Shown: positions 31,145 through 42,075, numbered from the stretch's first letter. The stretch is 64,000 nt of DNA from Candidatus Marinacidobacterales bacterium (GCA_965224085.1 CBDCYI010000005.1:1632001-1696000); one strand, 5' to 3'. The notes: a model not told the origin generated them from the letters alone. Program-made: numbers and translations.

Positions 31145-31570
31145 TTGGCGGAGCAAGGGACCCTCGAGGAGGCCGCCACACATCTGCGCGAGGCGATCCG
31201 CACCCGAGAGGCCGATGACGCCAAGCCTCACTACAACCTCGGGAACGTCCTTCTTAAGCGTGGGGAGCTCGATGAGGCCGCTGCTCAATACCGGACAGCG
31301 ATCTCCATCGATCCTGAATATACCAGCGCACATTACAACCTCGGCAATGTCTTCTTCAGACAAGGAGATCTGAAGCAGGCGGCGACGCAGTACTAGCGTA
31401 CCCTCGCCATCGATCCGGAACACGCCCAAGCGCACAACAATCTGGGCATTGTGTACGCTACCCAAGGGCGATTGGCGCACGCGGCCGCCGCGTTCGAGAG
31501 AGCTCTCGAGATCGATCCCGACTACACAGAGGCCCGAAGGAACTTGGAGCGGGCCCGAGAAAACCCGTGA
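31145..31570 (+). pseudogene. TPR-repeat protein fragment with in-frame TAG
   Basis: HYNLG/HNNLG repeats continue in frame across TAG 31394-31396; 5' part missing. Confidence 0.75.
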
Positions 31571-31702
31571 TCGGGAGGAGAAGGTGGTCGAAACGCGTGG
31601 TATCGTGAGCTTCGAGTGCTTCGCGGTGAGGCCCTCGAGACTGCGGGTCGGTACGAAGAAGCGCTCGAAGCCCAAAGAAAGGCCATCGATCTAACCAGGT
31701 AA

Positions 31703-32699
31703 ATGCCCCCGAAGCGTTCGACGCGTTCGCTCGAGTCGAAGCTCGCCCGGCTCACCGAGCTTCGAGATACGGCCGACACCGCGGAGCTTTGCAGCGAGCT
31801 CGCGAAACACTTGACCGGCAAGAACTCACACGTCGTCGCGCGCGCCGCCTCTGTGATCGAAGCGCGCAGAATCGAGGCGCTCGCCGCCGCCGTCGAAGGG
31901 CAGTTCGAGCGCTTCATGGTGGACCCCGTTAAGCTCGACAAAGGCTGCATCGCGAAGACAGCGATCGTGGCGTGTCTCGCCTCTTTGGAGCAAGGAAGTG
32001 CCGAGTTCTTTCTCAAAGGTCTCCGCCATATCCAGCTCGAGCCGTCCTATGGCGGGCCCGTGGACGCCGCGGTCGAGCTTCGAAGCCAAAGCGCTTTCGG
32101 CCTCACGAGCACGGGAATATCCCGATACGGTGCTTGAGCTCACAACCGCGCTCGCCGACGAGGCCTACCCGGTTCGGCAGGCCGCGGTGCGCGCGCTCGC
32201 TTCTTTGGGTGGGATCGAAGTCGAGCCCGTTCTTCGTTTGAAAGCGCTTCACGGCGATCCCGAGCCACAGGTCCTGTCCGAGACTCTGGAAGCCTTGCTC
32301 GTGCTATCGCCGGAGCGTTCGCTCTGCTTCGTCGAGCGCTACCTAGACGCGAGCGACGAAGCCGTTGCGGAAGCCGCGGTGCTCGCGCTCGGCGCGTCCC
32401 GCTGCGTAGGCGCCTTCGAGCTACTAACATCGCGGCTCGACCGCAGCTTCACCCGGTCGTCCTCGACGCGCACCGTACTTCTCGCGATAGCGATGCTGCG
32501 CCGAGAAGGCGCGATCGCGTTCTTGCTGGATCTCGTTACCGAAGGGCCGAGAAGGCGCGCCGCGGATGCGCTTCGCGCGCTCGCCATCCACCGCTATGAC
32601 GAAGCCCTCGCGGTGCGGGTAGCCTCGGCTGTCGCGGCGCGCACGGAGGACGATCTGAGCGAGCTCTATGAGGAAGAGTTCTCAAAGAAGAGCGAGTGA
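31703..32699 (+). pseudogene. HEAT-repeat protein, frameshifted
   Basis: DPVKLDKGCIAK, VRQAAVRAL, LRLKALHGD; extra A near 32117. Confidence 0.75.
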
Positions 32700-32748
32700 G
32701 CCTTCAGCAACTGGATCAGGCGCGTCCGAGCGACTATGATGCCTCGTC

Positions 32749-33585
32749 ATGATGAGATTCGCGATTGCCCTTTCGTTGTTTGTCGCCGCGCCGGCTTCGG
32801 CGCAGCTGATAGCCGCCAAGGACCACACGGTCGCCATGGGTCACCACCACCTCATGGTCGAGGACGTCCAAGAAAACGTCGCGTTCTGGAAGTCGCTCGG
32901 CGGTGAGTCCGTCGCTTTCGGCACTTACGATGTGATCCGGTTTCCGAACGTTCTCATCTTTCTTCGGGAGCAAAAGCCTACAGGGGGCACGAACGGATCC
33001 GTCGTGAACCACGTGGGCCTTCAATTCCAAGAGCTCAGGCCGCTCGTGAAGCGCTTGAAGGGCGCCGGGACGCTCATCATTACCGAGGAAGTCGCAGGCG
33101 CGTCCTTCGACGTCGATGCTGACGATCTCGCCTGGAACGAGGGCGCCGGGGCTCATCTCGCGTTCGCGCGTGCGCCGAACGGGACACGCGTCGAGCTCTA
33201 CGAGAACAAGGAGCTCGGGCGGCCGGTGGCGAACCACCACATTCATTTCAACAATCCGGAGGTCGACGCGATGAAAGCGTGGTACGTCTCGAAGCTCGGC
33301 GCGAAACCGGGCCAGCGCTCCGGAATGGAAGCGGCCGACGTCGGCGGCGTGAACTTGACGTTCTCACCCGCGGACGAACAGCCCGCCGGCACCAAAGGGC
33401 GCGCTCTCGATCATATCGGCTTCGAGGTCGACGGGCTCGAGGCGCTCTGCAAGAAGCTCGAAGCGGAAGGCATCACGTTCGACCGCCCCTATCAAAAGAT
33501 CCCGGAGCTCGGCGTTGCCGTCGCCTTTTTCACGGATCCATGGGGAACGTATATCGAGCTGACCGAAGGACTCGACGAGTTATAA
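32749..33585 (+). CDS. Exported two-domain VOC/glyoxalase family protein
   Basis: Signal peptide; GHHHL, NHVG, VELYE, HHIH, DHIGF, DPWGTYIELTE. Confidence 0.88.
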   Translation: MMRFAIALSLFVAAPASAQLIAAKDHTVAMGHHHLMVEDVQENVAFWKSLGGESVAFGTYDVIRFPNVLIFLREQKPTGGTNGSVVNHVGLQFQELRPLVKRLKGAGTLIITEEVAGASFDVDADDLAWNEGAGAHLAFARAPNGTRVELYENKELGRPVANHHIHFNNPEVDAMKAWYVSKLGAKPGQRSGMEAADVGGVNLTFSPADEQPAGTKGRALDHIGFEVDGLEALCKKLEAEGITFDRPYQKIPELGVAVAFFTDPWGTYIELTEGLDEL

Positions 33586-34653
33586 AAGGCCGTGGAGCGC
33601 GCGCCTGAGAGCTAGATCGAGTTTTTCCACCAATTCGTCGAGGTGACGCTCTTCGACGTTGTACGGTGGTGCCAGAAGGACGTGGTCGCCACTTTCGCCG
33701 TTCGCCGTCCCGCCTCCTGGGTAGCAGAGTAGACCCCCGCGGAGAGCCTCGTGCCGGACGCGCGCATGCAGCTTTTGCTCTGGATCGAACGGAGCTTTCG
33801 TCGCACGATCGCGGACGAGCTCCAACGCCCAGAGTAAACCGCGCCCGCGCAACTCGCCCACGTGGGAGTGGTCACCGAAGGTAGCGTTCAATCGATCGGC
33901 GAGCCCCTCTCCCATGCGTCGCACGTTCGTCAGTAGGTGTTCGTTGAGGATGGCGCGCACGACGGCCAATCCTGCCGCGCAAGCGACCGCGTGCCCCATG
34001 TAGGTCTGGCCGTGACGAAGTTTTCCAGAGCCTTGCCGCACCGCTTCGACGACGGATTCGGAAACGATCACGGCGCCGATGGGTTGATAACCCGCGCCTA
34101 GCCCTTTGGCGATCGTGACGATGTCGGGCACGACGCCTTCCTGCTCGAACGCATAGAACGTACCCGTCCGACCCATCCCGCACAGAACCTCGTCGAGAAT
34201 GAGGAGGATCCCGTGGCGATCGCAGATGGAAGCTATCTCGCGAAAGTAGCCCGGCGCGGGAATGACCGCGCCTGTGGTCGCGCCGACGATGGTCTCGGCA
34301 ACGAACGCCGCGACCGTATGCGGCCCCGCACTCACGATGGCGCGCTCGAGCTCCAGAGCCGCCCGTTTTCCATACTGTTCCGGCGTTTCGTCTTCGCGCT
34401 GGTGGCGATACGGATAACAGGGAGGGATGAGCTCTGTTTCAACAAGCATTGGCTCGTACGGGCCGCGGCGCAGTACGTGGCCGCTGACTCCGAGTGCTCC
34501 GAGCGTATTGCCGTGATAGCTCGCGCGCCGCGCGATGAATCGTGTGCGCTCGGGCTCGCCTTTCTCGACGAAGTACTGGCGCGCCAGTTTCAATGCGGCC
34601 TCGACAGCCGCGGAGCCGCTCGAAACGAAAAGAGCGTGCGTCATGGACGCGGG
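33580..34653 (-). pseudogene. Class III PLP aminotransferase, 5'-truncated
   Basis: SYHGNTLG, LILDEVLCGMGRTG, PDIVTIAKGLG, RGRGL; N-terminal part replaced by CRTAC1 sequence. Confidence 0.85.
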
Positions 34654-35440
34654 TCTCGAAGCTCTCGCCCTTGCCGCCCGGCCAACGGACCTCGATACCC
34701 CTGAGCGTCTCGGCGCTTCCCAGGCCGAAGCCGAGCCGCGCGTCATTATGCGAGAGATAGCTGCCGCCGCTCCGCACCTCACGAAGCTTCCCGTCCACGG
34801 TGACACGCGCGCCGATCGCGTCGCGATTCCCACCACGTCCGACCAGGCGTAGCCACAGCCAGTGGTTGCCGCTATCGTTGTCGTTTCTCAAAAGGCTCGG
34901 CGGTGCGTCGAGGTTCACGATGAAGATGTCGTCGTCGCTATCGTCGTCATAGTCACCGAAAGCGACGCCGCGGCTCGAGGTCTCGCGCAGAAGGGGGCCG
35001 CCGACCTCCGCGGTGGCGTCGCGGAAGCGTCCCTCTTCGTTCAAGAAAAGCTGCTTTTTCTGGAGCCACGAAGTTCCAATAGGGGCTTCATCCACTTCGG
35101 GATAGACGTGGCCATTGGCGACGAAGAGATCGCGCCAGCCGTTGTTGTCCAGATCGACGAGCCCGACGCCCCAGCCGAGAGAAGCGATCGACGACACACC
35201 GAGACCAGCGAGGTAGGTCACGTCGATGAAGATATCCTCGGCGTTGCCCCGGTAAAGCGTATTGGTCTCGTGGGAGAAGTTGGTCACGACGACGTCGAGC
35301 CAGGAGGCGCCAACGCCGTCCCGGTTCGAGCGCACGCCCACGAGCCGGATCCCGACCCAGTGATTTTCGCGTCCCATCTCGTTCCGCGCGAGGTTGGGCT
35401 TGTCGTTATTGTTCATCAAGAGCAGATCGACATCGCCGTC
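34654..35440 (-). pseudogene. Chimera of two CRTAC1/ASPIC-UnbV (FG-GAP) gene fragments
   Basis: The segment DxDLL...N..NHW..RL.G...NRD..GA occurs twice; junction near 35304; SGGSYLS, FGLG, VRWPGG. Confidence 0.8.
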
Positions 35441-35442
35441 AA

Positions 35443-35547
35443 TGCATCACGGCGCCTGCTTCGGAGCGAAGGTCCGAATACTCGATCCAGGACGATCCCA
35501 AGCGGCTCGTCGACATCAGCAATGCTTATGACGAGGTGCTGCGCTAG
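35443..35547 (+). pseudogene. Probable 3' remnant of the gene formerly upstream of the ATP-grasp gene
   Basis: Open frame CITAPASERRSEYSIQDDPKRLVDISNAYDEVLR* ending 11 nt before the next ATG. Confidence 0.35.
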
Positions 35548-35558
35548 ACTTTCGTGAG

Positions 35559-36827
35559 ATGCCCCCTCGTGTTTTATTGTTGTTGCCGACCTCGACTTAT
35601 CGAACACACGACTTCATGGCGGCGGCAGAGCGACGGGGAGTGCTCGTCGTGGTGGCTTCGGAAGAGCCGAGCACGATGGAGCGTTTCGCGGGCGAGTCGC
35701 TTCTTACGTTGGACTTCGGCGACCCGCAAGGATCTGCGCAGAAGGTGGCTGCGTTTCACGAGAAGCACCCTCTGAGAGCGGCGATTGCTGTAGACGAAGA
35801 GACCGCTGTCGTCGCTTCGGTCATTGCCGAACGTCTCGGTTTTCCCGGCAACGCCCCCGAAGCCGCCGCGCGGGCGCGTTTGAAACATGTCATGCGGGAA
35901 GCGCTCGCGGCTGCAGGCGTTCCGGCACCAGCGCATCGCGTCTTCACGACGGATGACGACCCACGCGCCGCCGCACGCGAAGTGCGGTACCCGGCCGTCA
36001 TTAAGCCCGTCTTTTTGTCGGGAAGCCGCGGAGTGCAGCGGGTGGATGACGAGGACGCTTTCGTGCGCGCATTGGAATGGACCCGCGAGCTGCTCGCGCG
36101 GCCGGAGCTCGCGAAACGCGGCGGCGAGCACGCGAAAACGATTCTGGTCGAGGACTTCGTACCCGGCTCCGAAGTCGCTCTCGAAGCGATTTTGACTGAA
36201 GGCGAACTCACACCGCTCGCGCTCTTCGATAAACCCGATCCGCTGGACGGACCGTATTTCGAGGAAACGATCTACGTCACTCCGTCCCGCTTACCCGCCG
36301 AGACCCAAGCGAAGATCGCGAACGTGACGGCTCAGGCCGCGGCCGCGCTCGATCTGCGTCAAGGACCCATCCACGCAGAGCTGAGACTGCCGCCGGGGCC
36401 ATTGGACCCATTCGGAAAGAGCCCGTCCGTTCTCGAGATCGCGGGCCGCTCAATCGGCGGGCTGTGCTCGCGCACTCTCCGCTTCGGATTGGGACTCTCT
36501 TTGGAAGAGCTGATCCTGAAGCACGCACTCGGCCAAGACGTGACGACCGATAAACGCGAATCGAAAGCCGTCGGCGTAATGATGATCCCAATCCCAAAAC
36601 AAGGCGAGTTCATCAAGCTCGAAGGCCTAGAAGACGCCAAAGCCGTAGAGGGAATCGAGGAGGTGACGATAACCGTCCACCAAGGCGCGAATCTGATCCC
36701 GCTCCCCGAAGGCTCGACCTACCTAGGCTTCATCTTCGCAAGAGCCGAAACCCCCAAGGAAGCTGAACAAGCCCTAAGAAAGGCCCACGAAGCGCTAACG
36801 TTCCAAATCGAGACCAGGAGCAGGTAG
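35559..36827 (+). CDS. ATP-grasp domain ligase (L-amino-acid-ligase-like)
   Basis: KHVMR, YPAVIKP, SGSRGV, LVEDFVPGSE, FDKPDPLDGPYFEET, HAELR, LEIAGR. Confidence 0.9.
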   Translation: MPPRVLLLLPTSTYRTHDFMAAAERRGVLVVVASEEPSTMERFAGESLLTLDFGDPQGSAQKVAAFHEKHPLRAAIAVDEETAVVASVIAERLGFPGNAPEAAARARLKHVMREALAAAGVPAPAHRVFTTDDDPRAAAREVRYPAVIKPVFLSGSRGVQRVDDEDAFVRALEWTRELLARPELAKRGGEHAKTILVEDFVPGSEVALEAILTEGELTPLALFDKPDPLDGPYFEETIYVTPSRLPAETQAKIANVTAQAAAALDLRQGPIHAELRLPPGPLDPFGKSPSVLEIAGRSIGGLCSRTLRFGLGLSLEELILKHALGQDVTTDKRESKAVGVMMIPIPKQGEFIKLEGLEDAKAVEGIEEVTITVHQGANLIPLPEGSTYLGFIFARAETPKEAEQALRKAHEALTFQIETRSR

Positions 36828-37418
36828 CTATTTGGAAGGCGCGTAATAAGGATTGCGCCCCGAAGCGTGATCCGTCGTATCCATGATCGCGCCGATACTC
36901 GGGATCGCCTGCCGGATCGATTTCTCGACACCTTGCTTCAAGGTGACACCGGCCATGCCGCAACCCTGACACCCGCCTCCCATCTTGATGAAGAGCTCGT
37001 TCTTGCGCACGTCGATGAGCTCGACCCAACCGCCATGAGACGCCACCGCCGGGTTGATTTCTTGGTCGAGAACGGCCTGGACCTTCTTCTTTATCTCGTC
37101 CGGATCCGGTAGGGACTCGAGTGCTTTCGTCGAGACGGCGGCCTCGCCGCTTTGAAGATGGGAGCGGATAGAGGCGCCGACTTGCTTCGCGATGGGCATC
37201 CAATCGTCGCCCGCGGAGGCGGAGACGGTCACGACGCTGTCTTGGATCAGAACGGACGAAACGCCGCCGATAGCGAAGATTTTCTCAGCAAGAGGCGAGC
37301 CTGCCGCCTGCGCCGCGCCGCCGAAATACATGGAGCTGTCGGGATAGACCGGCCGGTCCACGCGAAAGTTGCAGGTTTGATTGTCTTTGGGCTCTGCTGT
37401 TATGCGAATCTCATCCAT
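36828..37418 (-). CDS. NifU/NfuA-family Fe-S carrier (Nfu_N + NifU_C)
   Basis: INPAVASHGG, GGCQGCG, TLKQGVE, DTTDHASGRNPYY. Confidence 0.9.
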   Translation of the reverse strand: MDEIRITAEPKDNQTCNFRVDRPVYPDSSMYFGGAAQAAGSPLAEKIFAIGGVSSVLIQDSVVTVSASAGDDWMPIAKQVGASIRSHLQSGEAAVSTKALESLPDPDEIKKKVQAVLDQEINPAVASHGGWVELIDVRKNELFIKMGGGCQGCGMAGVTLKQGVEKSIRQAIPSIGAIMDTTDHASGRNPYYAPSK

Positions 37419-37445
37419 GTCGTCTCCTGTCCTAGGACCGCATTA

Positions 37446-38849
37446 TTATAACGCGTGCCGCCGCTGCCTTCGTTCGAGAGGACCAAACTGGTCCTCGGTG
37501 GGCTCCGCTCAACAAAACCACGCCTCGGTGAGCCGCGGCGCCTTCGCGCTGGCAAGAAACGCGGCTTTCTGGCGGAGACCCACGCGCCCCGCCAAATTTC
37601 GGAAAATCTCTCCGTTCGGATGCCTTTTGCGAACACTGCTTTCGACCGCTGCTTCCACGTCTTTTTGGAGCTCGTCCATCGCCGGATCCGGATGCGACCA
37701 GCGATAAGTGAGCCCCGCTTTGTCGAGCTCACCGAGAAAAGGCTGCAAGCTCGTATTTTCGAGAAGGAGAGAGCCTGGCGGTATCAGAAGCCGTAATGTC
37801 AGCTGGATGGGGTCGACGTGCTCGACGAGATCCTCTTCGAGCACAAAGCGAAAAAGCTCCCGGTAGTCCTCGCGCGTGGTCCATGGCGTGAACGCGACGA
37901 ACGTGGGCCTCGGCGCGATGCCGGCCTCACGCACGGCACGTAACGCTACGCGGGCGTCGCGGCTCGAGTGGCCTTTGTCGAGCTCGGCGAGAACGCGATC
38001 GCTCAACGACTCCACCGCAGAAACGATGAACGCGCACCCCAAAGCGGCGAGCTCCGGCAACCGCTCGCGGTGCTTCAGCAGGTGCTCCACTTTCGCGGTG
38101 AAGTCGAAGGTGACGTCAGGATGTGCGCGATGAAGCGCGCGCGCCACCTCGAACGCATGGCCTGGGCCATTCAGAAAGTCGGGATCGGCGAAGTTGATAT
38201 GCCTGGCGCCAAGTGCAACGAGCTGGTCGATGTCTTCGAGTACGGTCGCCTTCGGCACAATGAAAAAGCGCCCCCCGTAAACGGGCGGAATAGGGCAGTG
38301 CCGGCACGAGTGAAGGCAACCGCGACTCGTCTCGACCGTTCCCACTCTTCGATGTGAGCCGTCGGGAAGCTCGAGGTGAACATATTGCTCGAGCGGCGGC
38401 AGCCCTTCTCGATGGGGCACCGGATAATCGAGCCTGTCGAGCACGGGTGGTGGCGCTTTGGTCCCGAGAGCCCCGAGGAGCCCAAACAGCTGGACACGCT
38501 CCACGAGCGCGTTTTCGCACTCGCCACTAAAAACGCTGTCAACGCCGGCGGACATCAACATCTCTGCGTTCAGGGTCGCGTAAAGGCCGAAGAAGCAGAG
38601 ATGAGCGCCTGGGTTCACCTCCTGGACCCGTTCCGCCACACGCATGCCCAGCCGCAATGCCGTGTGCATCGGAACGGACACTGCGATGAAATCCGCGCGC
38701 GCGATGGCGCTCTCGTCGAGCGATTCAACGCCCAGATCGAGGCTCTCGGCCGAATATCCAGCTCTATTCAAATAGGCGAGGGGGTTTGCAAGCCCGAGAG
38801 GCTGGCGCCCGAGCTCGTAGCAAGAGATCAGTAAGACGTTCGGACGCAT
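37446..38849 (-). CDS. CUAEP-tail B12-binding radical SAM selenoprotein (Sec at UGA 37509-37511)
   Basis: LISCYELGRQP, CxxxCxxC (CLHSCRHC), DPDFLNGP; tail WF-C-[UGA]-AEPTEDQF...HAL-TAA; SECIS-like hairpin. Confidence 0.9.
37478..37496 (-). promoter_or_regulatory. Bacterial SECIS element
   Basis: GAGGACCA-GUU-UGGUCCUC perfect 8-bp stem with G-first loop, 12 nt 3' of the UGA. Confidence 0.85.
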
Positions 38850-38940
38850 ACTGGTATTTATGACTAATTTGATATCAAAAGTCCAGGACATATGCGGCCT
38901 GGCATTCTTGAGGTGCCCGAGTGCATAATGCGAAGGCATC

Positions 38941-41097
38941 TTGCGAACCACGGCGTCTTTCTCGAGCGTGCTACATCGCTCATGGCTACTATGGGCACTC
39001 CTCGCCGCGGCGCCTTCGACGCTCGCGCAACCTGCGAGCGAGCTGACGCTACTCGCGGAACAACAGCAACAGCTCGCAGACGGGCACGTCCGAGCCGAAG
39101 GCTACGTCTCCATCCGGCTCGGCAACACCCACATCACCGCGGACACCGTCGACTTCTGGCCGGGCGAGCTTCGCGTCGTTGCGGAAGGCAACGTCGTATT
39201 CCAACAGGGCGACCAAAAGATCGTCGCGACTCGGCTCGAGGCCGAGCTCGACGGACAGACCGGGCGTTTCTTCAACGCTTATGGGATGGCTGGGCGCGAC
39301 TTGTACTTCTACGGCGATGTCATCGAGAAAGAGTCCGAAGATGTTTATGTGATCGAAGGCGGCGCTTTTACTTCGTGCTCTCAGCCGACGCCCCGTTGGC
39401 GTTTCACCGCGGGTAAAGCGCGGGTGCGGCGCGACCACCATGTCGCCCTCCGTCACGCGCTCTTGCGGGTGAAATGGCTGCCCGTGTTCTACATGCCGTT
39501 GCTCGTCTACCCCATCAACGAAGACGGCCGCGCGACCGGCTTTCTCATGCCGCAGATCGGCAACTCCACTCTAAAGGGTTTCATGTTCAATCAAGCTTTC
39601 TTCTGGGCGATCAACCGATCGATGGACGCGACGTTTACCTTCGAGCGTTTTTCCGAGATCGGCAATGGCGGCTCGATACAATATCGCTACCTTCAATCTC
39701 ACACGTCGCGCAGCCAGGCCGATACCTTTTTTATCAAGAACACCGCGGAAGGAAACCAAGAATATACGATCCGAGCGAGTGCGAACCAGGAACTGCCCGG
39801 CAACTTCACCGCGGTAGCGCGCGTCGACTTTTTCAGCAGCTTCGATTTCCAGCAATCGTTTCAGGAGAACTACAACCGCGCCACCCAGCGCAAGAAGCGA
39901 GCCCGCGGTAGCATCTCGAACAGCTGGAGGCAATACAGCCTGCGCGTCAACTTCGACCGCAACGATACGTCGTTCGGCGAGCGTGTCGCGGTCCGAAAGG
40001 TGCTTCCCCAAATCACCTTCAACTCGCGCCCGAGCCCCATTTTCAACACCCCGATCTTGTTCGCGTTCAAGTCGGAAGCCGCGTCGCTCGCACGAACGAC
40101 ACGCGGCGAGCTTTTCGAATATGAACGATTCGACATCGTGCCGACGGTCGCCTATCCCTTTACCGGCCTCAGCTACTTGACGCTGCGAGCGAGCGTCACC
40201 GGCCGATTCACGCACTACACGTCGTCTCTCGAAAGACGCACGCTCGTCGACGAGGCTGTGAATCGCAAATATTTCGAGACCCGCTTCGACATCCGGGGGC
40301 CGACTTTCGCCAGGATCTTCAATACGCCCGATAACTTCTACGCGGCCCGCTACAAGCATGTCGTCGAGCCTCAGATCGTATGGAGCCGGCGCTCGCTCGT
40401 GGATAACTTCGCCCAGGTCCCGAAATTCGACGGCCAGGATTACGTTCCGGGTACGAATCAAGTGTCTCTCTCGATCGTCAACCGGGTCCTGGCGAAGCGC
40501 TTGGTCGACGGGGAGGAACAACAGACCGCGACTGAAATGCTTACATGGAACGTCTCCCAGCGCTATTTCTTCGACATCAACGCTTCGCTCTACGACCGGC
40601 AATTTTCCACGCCCTATTTCTCGGAAGACGGGACGCCGAGCAACCGCTCGCCTATCACGTCGAGGGTGAACTTCCGGCCTTCGAGAAATCTCGCCGCGAG
40701 CTGGAACTTCGACTACGACCTCAATTTCAACGCGATCCGCTCTTCGAGCACATCGGCGTCCTATGGTGGTCGCTGGGGTTTGGTTCGGGGGCTCTGGACT
40801 CGGCGCAACATTCCCGACCGCGACGTGACGCGCAGTAACTTTCGACTCGGCACCCAGCTCAACGTGGCTCGCGGTCTCCAAGTGAACTTCGATACAGCCT
40901 TCGACGCCACGAACAAAGTGGTGAACAACGTGCGGGCCGGCGCGGTCTACAACGTTCAGTGCTGCGGCTTCATGGTTAGTTTCAACCGTTTCAACTTCGT
41001 CAGCCGCGTGGAGAACATATTCCGGTTCGGGATAACACTCGCGAATATCGGAAGCTTCGGCACTTCCCTCGGAGGCTCGGGGCGGCGATCTTATTAA
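38941..41097 (+). CDS. lptD: LPS-assembly outer membrane protein LptD
   Basis: OstA-like N-terminus, FTSC..PTPRW, TGFLMPQIG, FFWAINRSMDAT, KHVVEP, YNVQCCG. Confidence 0.88.
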   Translation: MRTTASFSSVLHRSWLLWALLAAAPSTLAQPASELTLLAEQQQQLADGHVRAEGYVSIRLGNTHITADTVDFWPGELRVVAEGNVVFQQGDQKIVATRLEAELDGQTGRFFNAYGMAGRDLYFYGDVIEKESEDVYVIEGGAFTSCSQPTPRWRFTAGKARVRRDHHVALRHALLRVKWLPVFYMPLLVYPINEDGRATGFLMPQIGNSTLKGFMFNQAFFWAINRSMDATFTFERFSEIGNGGSIQYRYLQSHTSRSQADTFFIKNTAEGNQEYTIRASANQELPGNFTAVARVDFFSSFDFQQSFQENYNRATQRKKRARGSISNSWRQYSLRVNFDRNDTSFGERVAVRKVLPQITFNSRPSPIFNTPILFAFKSEAASLARTTRGELFEYERFDIVPTVAYPFTGLSYLTLRASVTGRFTHYTSSLERRTLVDEAVNRKYFETRFDIRGPTFARIFNTPDNFYAARYKHVVEPQIVWSRRSLVDNFAQVPKFDGQDYVPGTNQVSLSIVNRVLAKRLVDGEEQQTATEMLTWNVSQRYFFDINASLYDRQFSTPYFSEDGTPSNRSPITSRVNFRPSRNLAASWNFDYDLNFNAIRSSSTSASYGGRWGLVRGLWTRRNIPDRDVTRSNFRLGTQLNVARGLQVNFDTAFDATNKVVNNVRAGAVYNVQCCGFMVSFNRFNFVSRVENIFRFGITLANIGSFGTSLGGSGRRSY

Positions 41098-41191
41098 TGC
41101 TGGGCCGCAAAACGCTACGCTTTCGAAAAACCGAATCGTGGCGGCGGCGGTCTTGGCTGCGGGGGCTGCGGCGTGAAAAGATAGCTCTGTA

Positions 41192-42034
41192 TTGAAGATT
41201 TTGATTACCGGGAGCGGTGGGCTTCTTGGTCGTTGTGTCTCGTCGGTGGCGGCCGCGCGGCATGAGGTTCTTGCGCTCTCGCGCGCGGATCTCGACGTTA
41301 CGGACCGGGCCGCGGTGGGCCGTGCCGTCAGGCGGTTTCTGCCCCAGGCCGTGTTACACTGCGCCGCTTATACCGATGTGGATGGTGCCGAGCGACACTC
41401 GGAGCTGGCCATGGAGGTGAATGCGGCCGGCGCCGAGTGGGTGGCGAAAGCTGCGTATCATGAAGGCGCCGCCATGGTTTCGGTGAGCACGGACTATGTT
41501 TTCGACGGCGAGAGACGCACACCCTATGAAGAGACGGCGCCGACCTGCCCGCTCTCGAGTTATGGTCGAACCAAGCTCGAAGGAGAGCGACGCGTCGCAC
41601 AAGCTTGCCCTGATGGCTGGCTTACGGTCCGGACGGGTTGGGTGTACGGGCCTTCCAAGGGTTTCGTGGACTGGGCTAAGAAGCGCCTCGTGGCTTCGGC
41701 AGAGCTTCCGCTCATCGAGGACCAGACAGGCTCACCGACCTACGCGCTCGAGCTGGCGGAGGCACTTCTCGCTCTCGTCGAAGGTGAGCATCGAGGGCTC
41801 TTTCACTTCGTGAACCGCGGAGAGACGACATGGGTTACGCTCGGACGTTTTCTCGCGAGCGAGCTCGGCGTCCACGAGCCCCGGGTGAAAACCATCTTGA
41901 GCGAAGCGCTCGGCCGGCCGGCACCGAGGCCGGCCTATTCGGCGATGTCAGTCGGAAAATTCGAAGACGCGACCGGGATCCACGTGCGAACTTGGCAGAA
42001 CGCTTTGAAACGCTATCTGGCAGATAGCCGATAG
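41192..42034 (+). CDS. rfbD: dTDP-4-dehydrorhamnose reductase
   Basis: TGSGGLLG, AAYTDVDGAE, STDYVFDG, YGRTK, GSPT, APRPAYS. Confidence 0.92.
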   Translation: MKILITGSGGLLGRCVSSVAAARHEVLALSRADLDVTDRAAVGRAVRRFLPQAVLHCAAYTDVDGAERHSELAMEVNAAGAEWVAKAAYHEGAAMVSVSTDYVFDGERRTPYEETAPTCPLSSYGRTKLEGERRVAQACPDGWLTVRTGWVYGPSKGFVDWAKKRLVASAELPLIEDQTGSPTYALELAEALLALVEGEHRGLFHFVNRGETTWVTLGRFLASELGVHEPRVKTILSEALGRPAPRPAYSAMSVGKFEDATGIHVRTWQNALKRYLADSR

Positions 42035-42075
42035 CGGGGAATCGGAAATCGGAAATCGATCAGGGAGGCGACTCG

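Noticed and set aside
31394-31396. Amber recoding (pyrrolysine or alternative code)
   Set aside because: TAG terminates many intact genes here, and the second in-frame TAG (19542) is TAC in the sister IS copy
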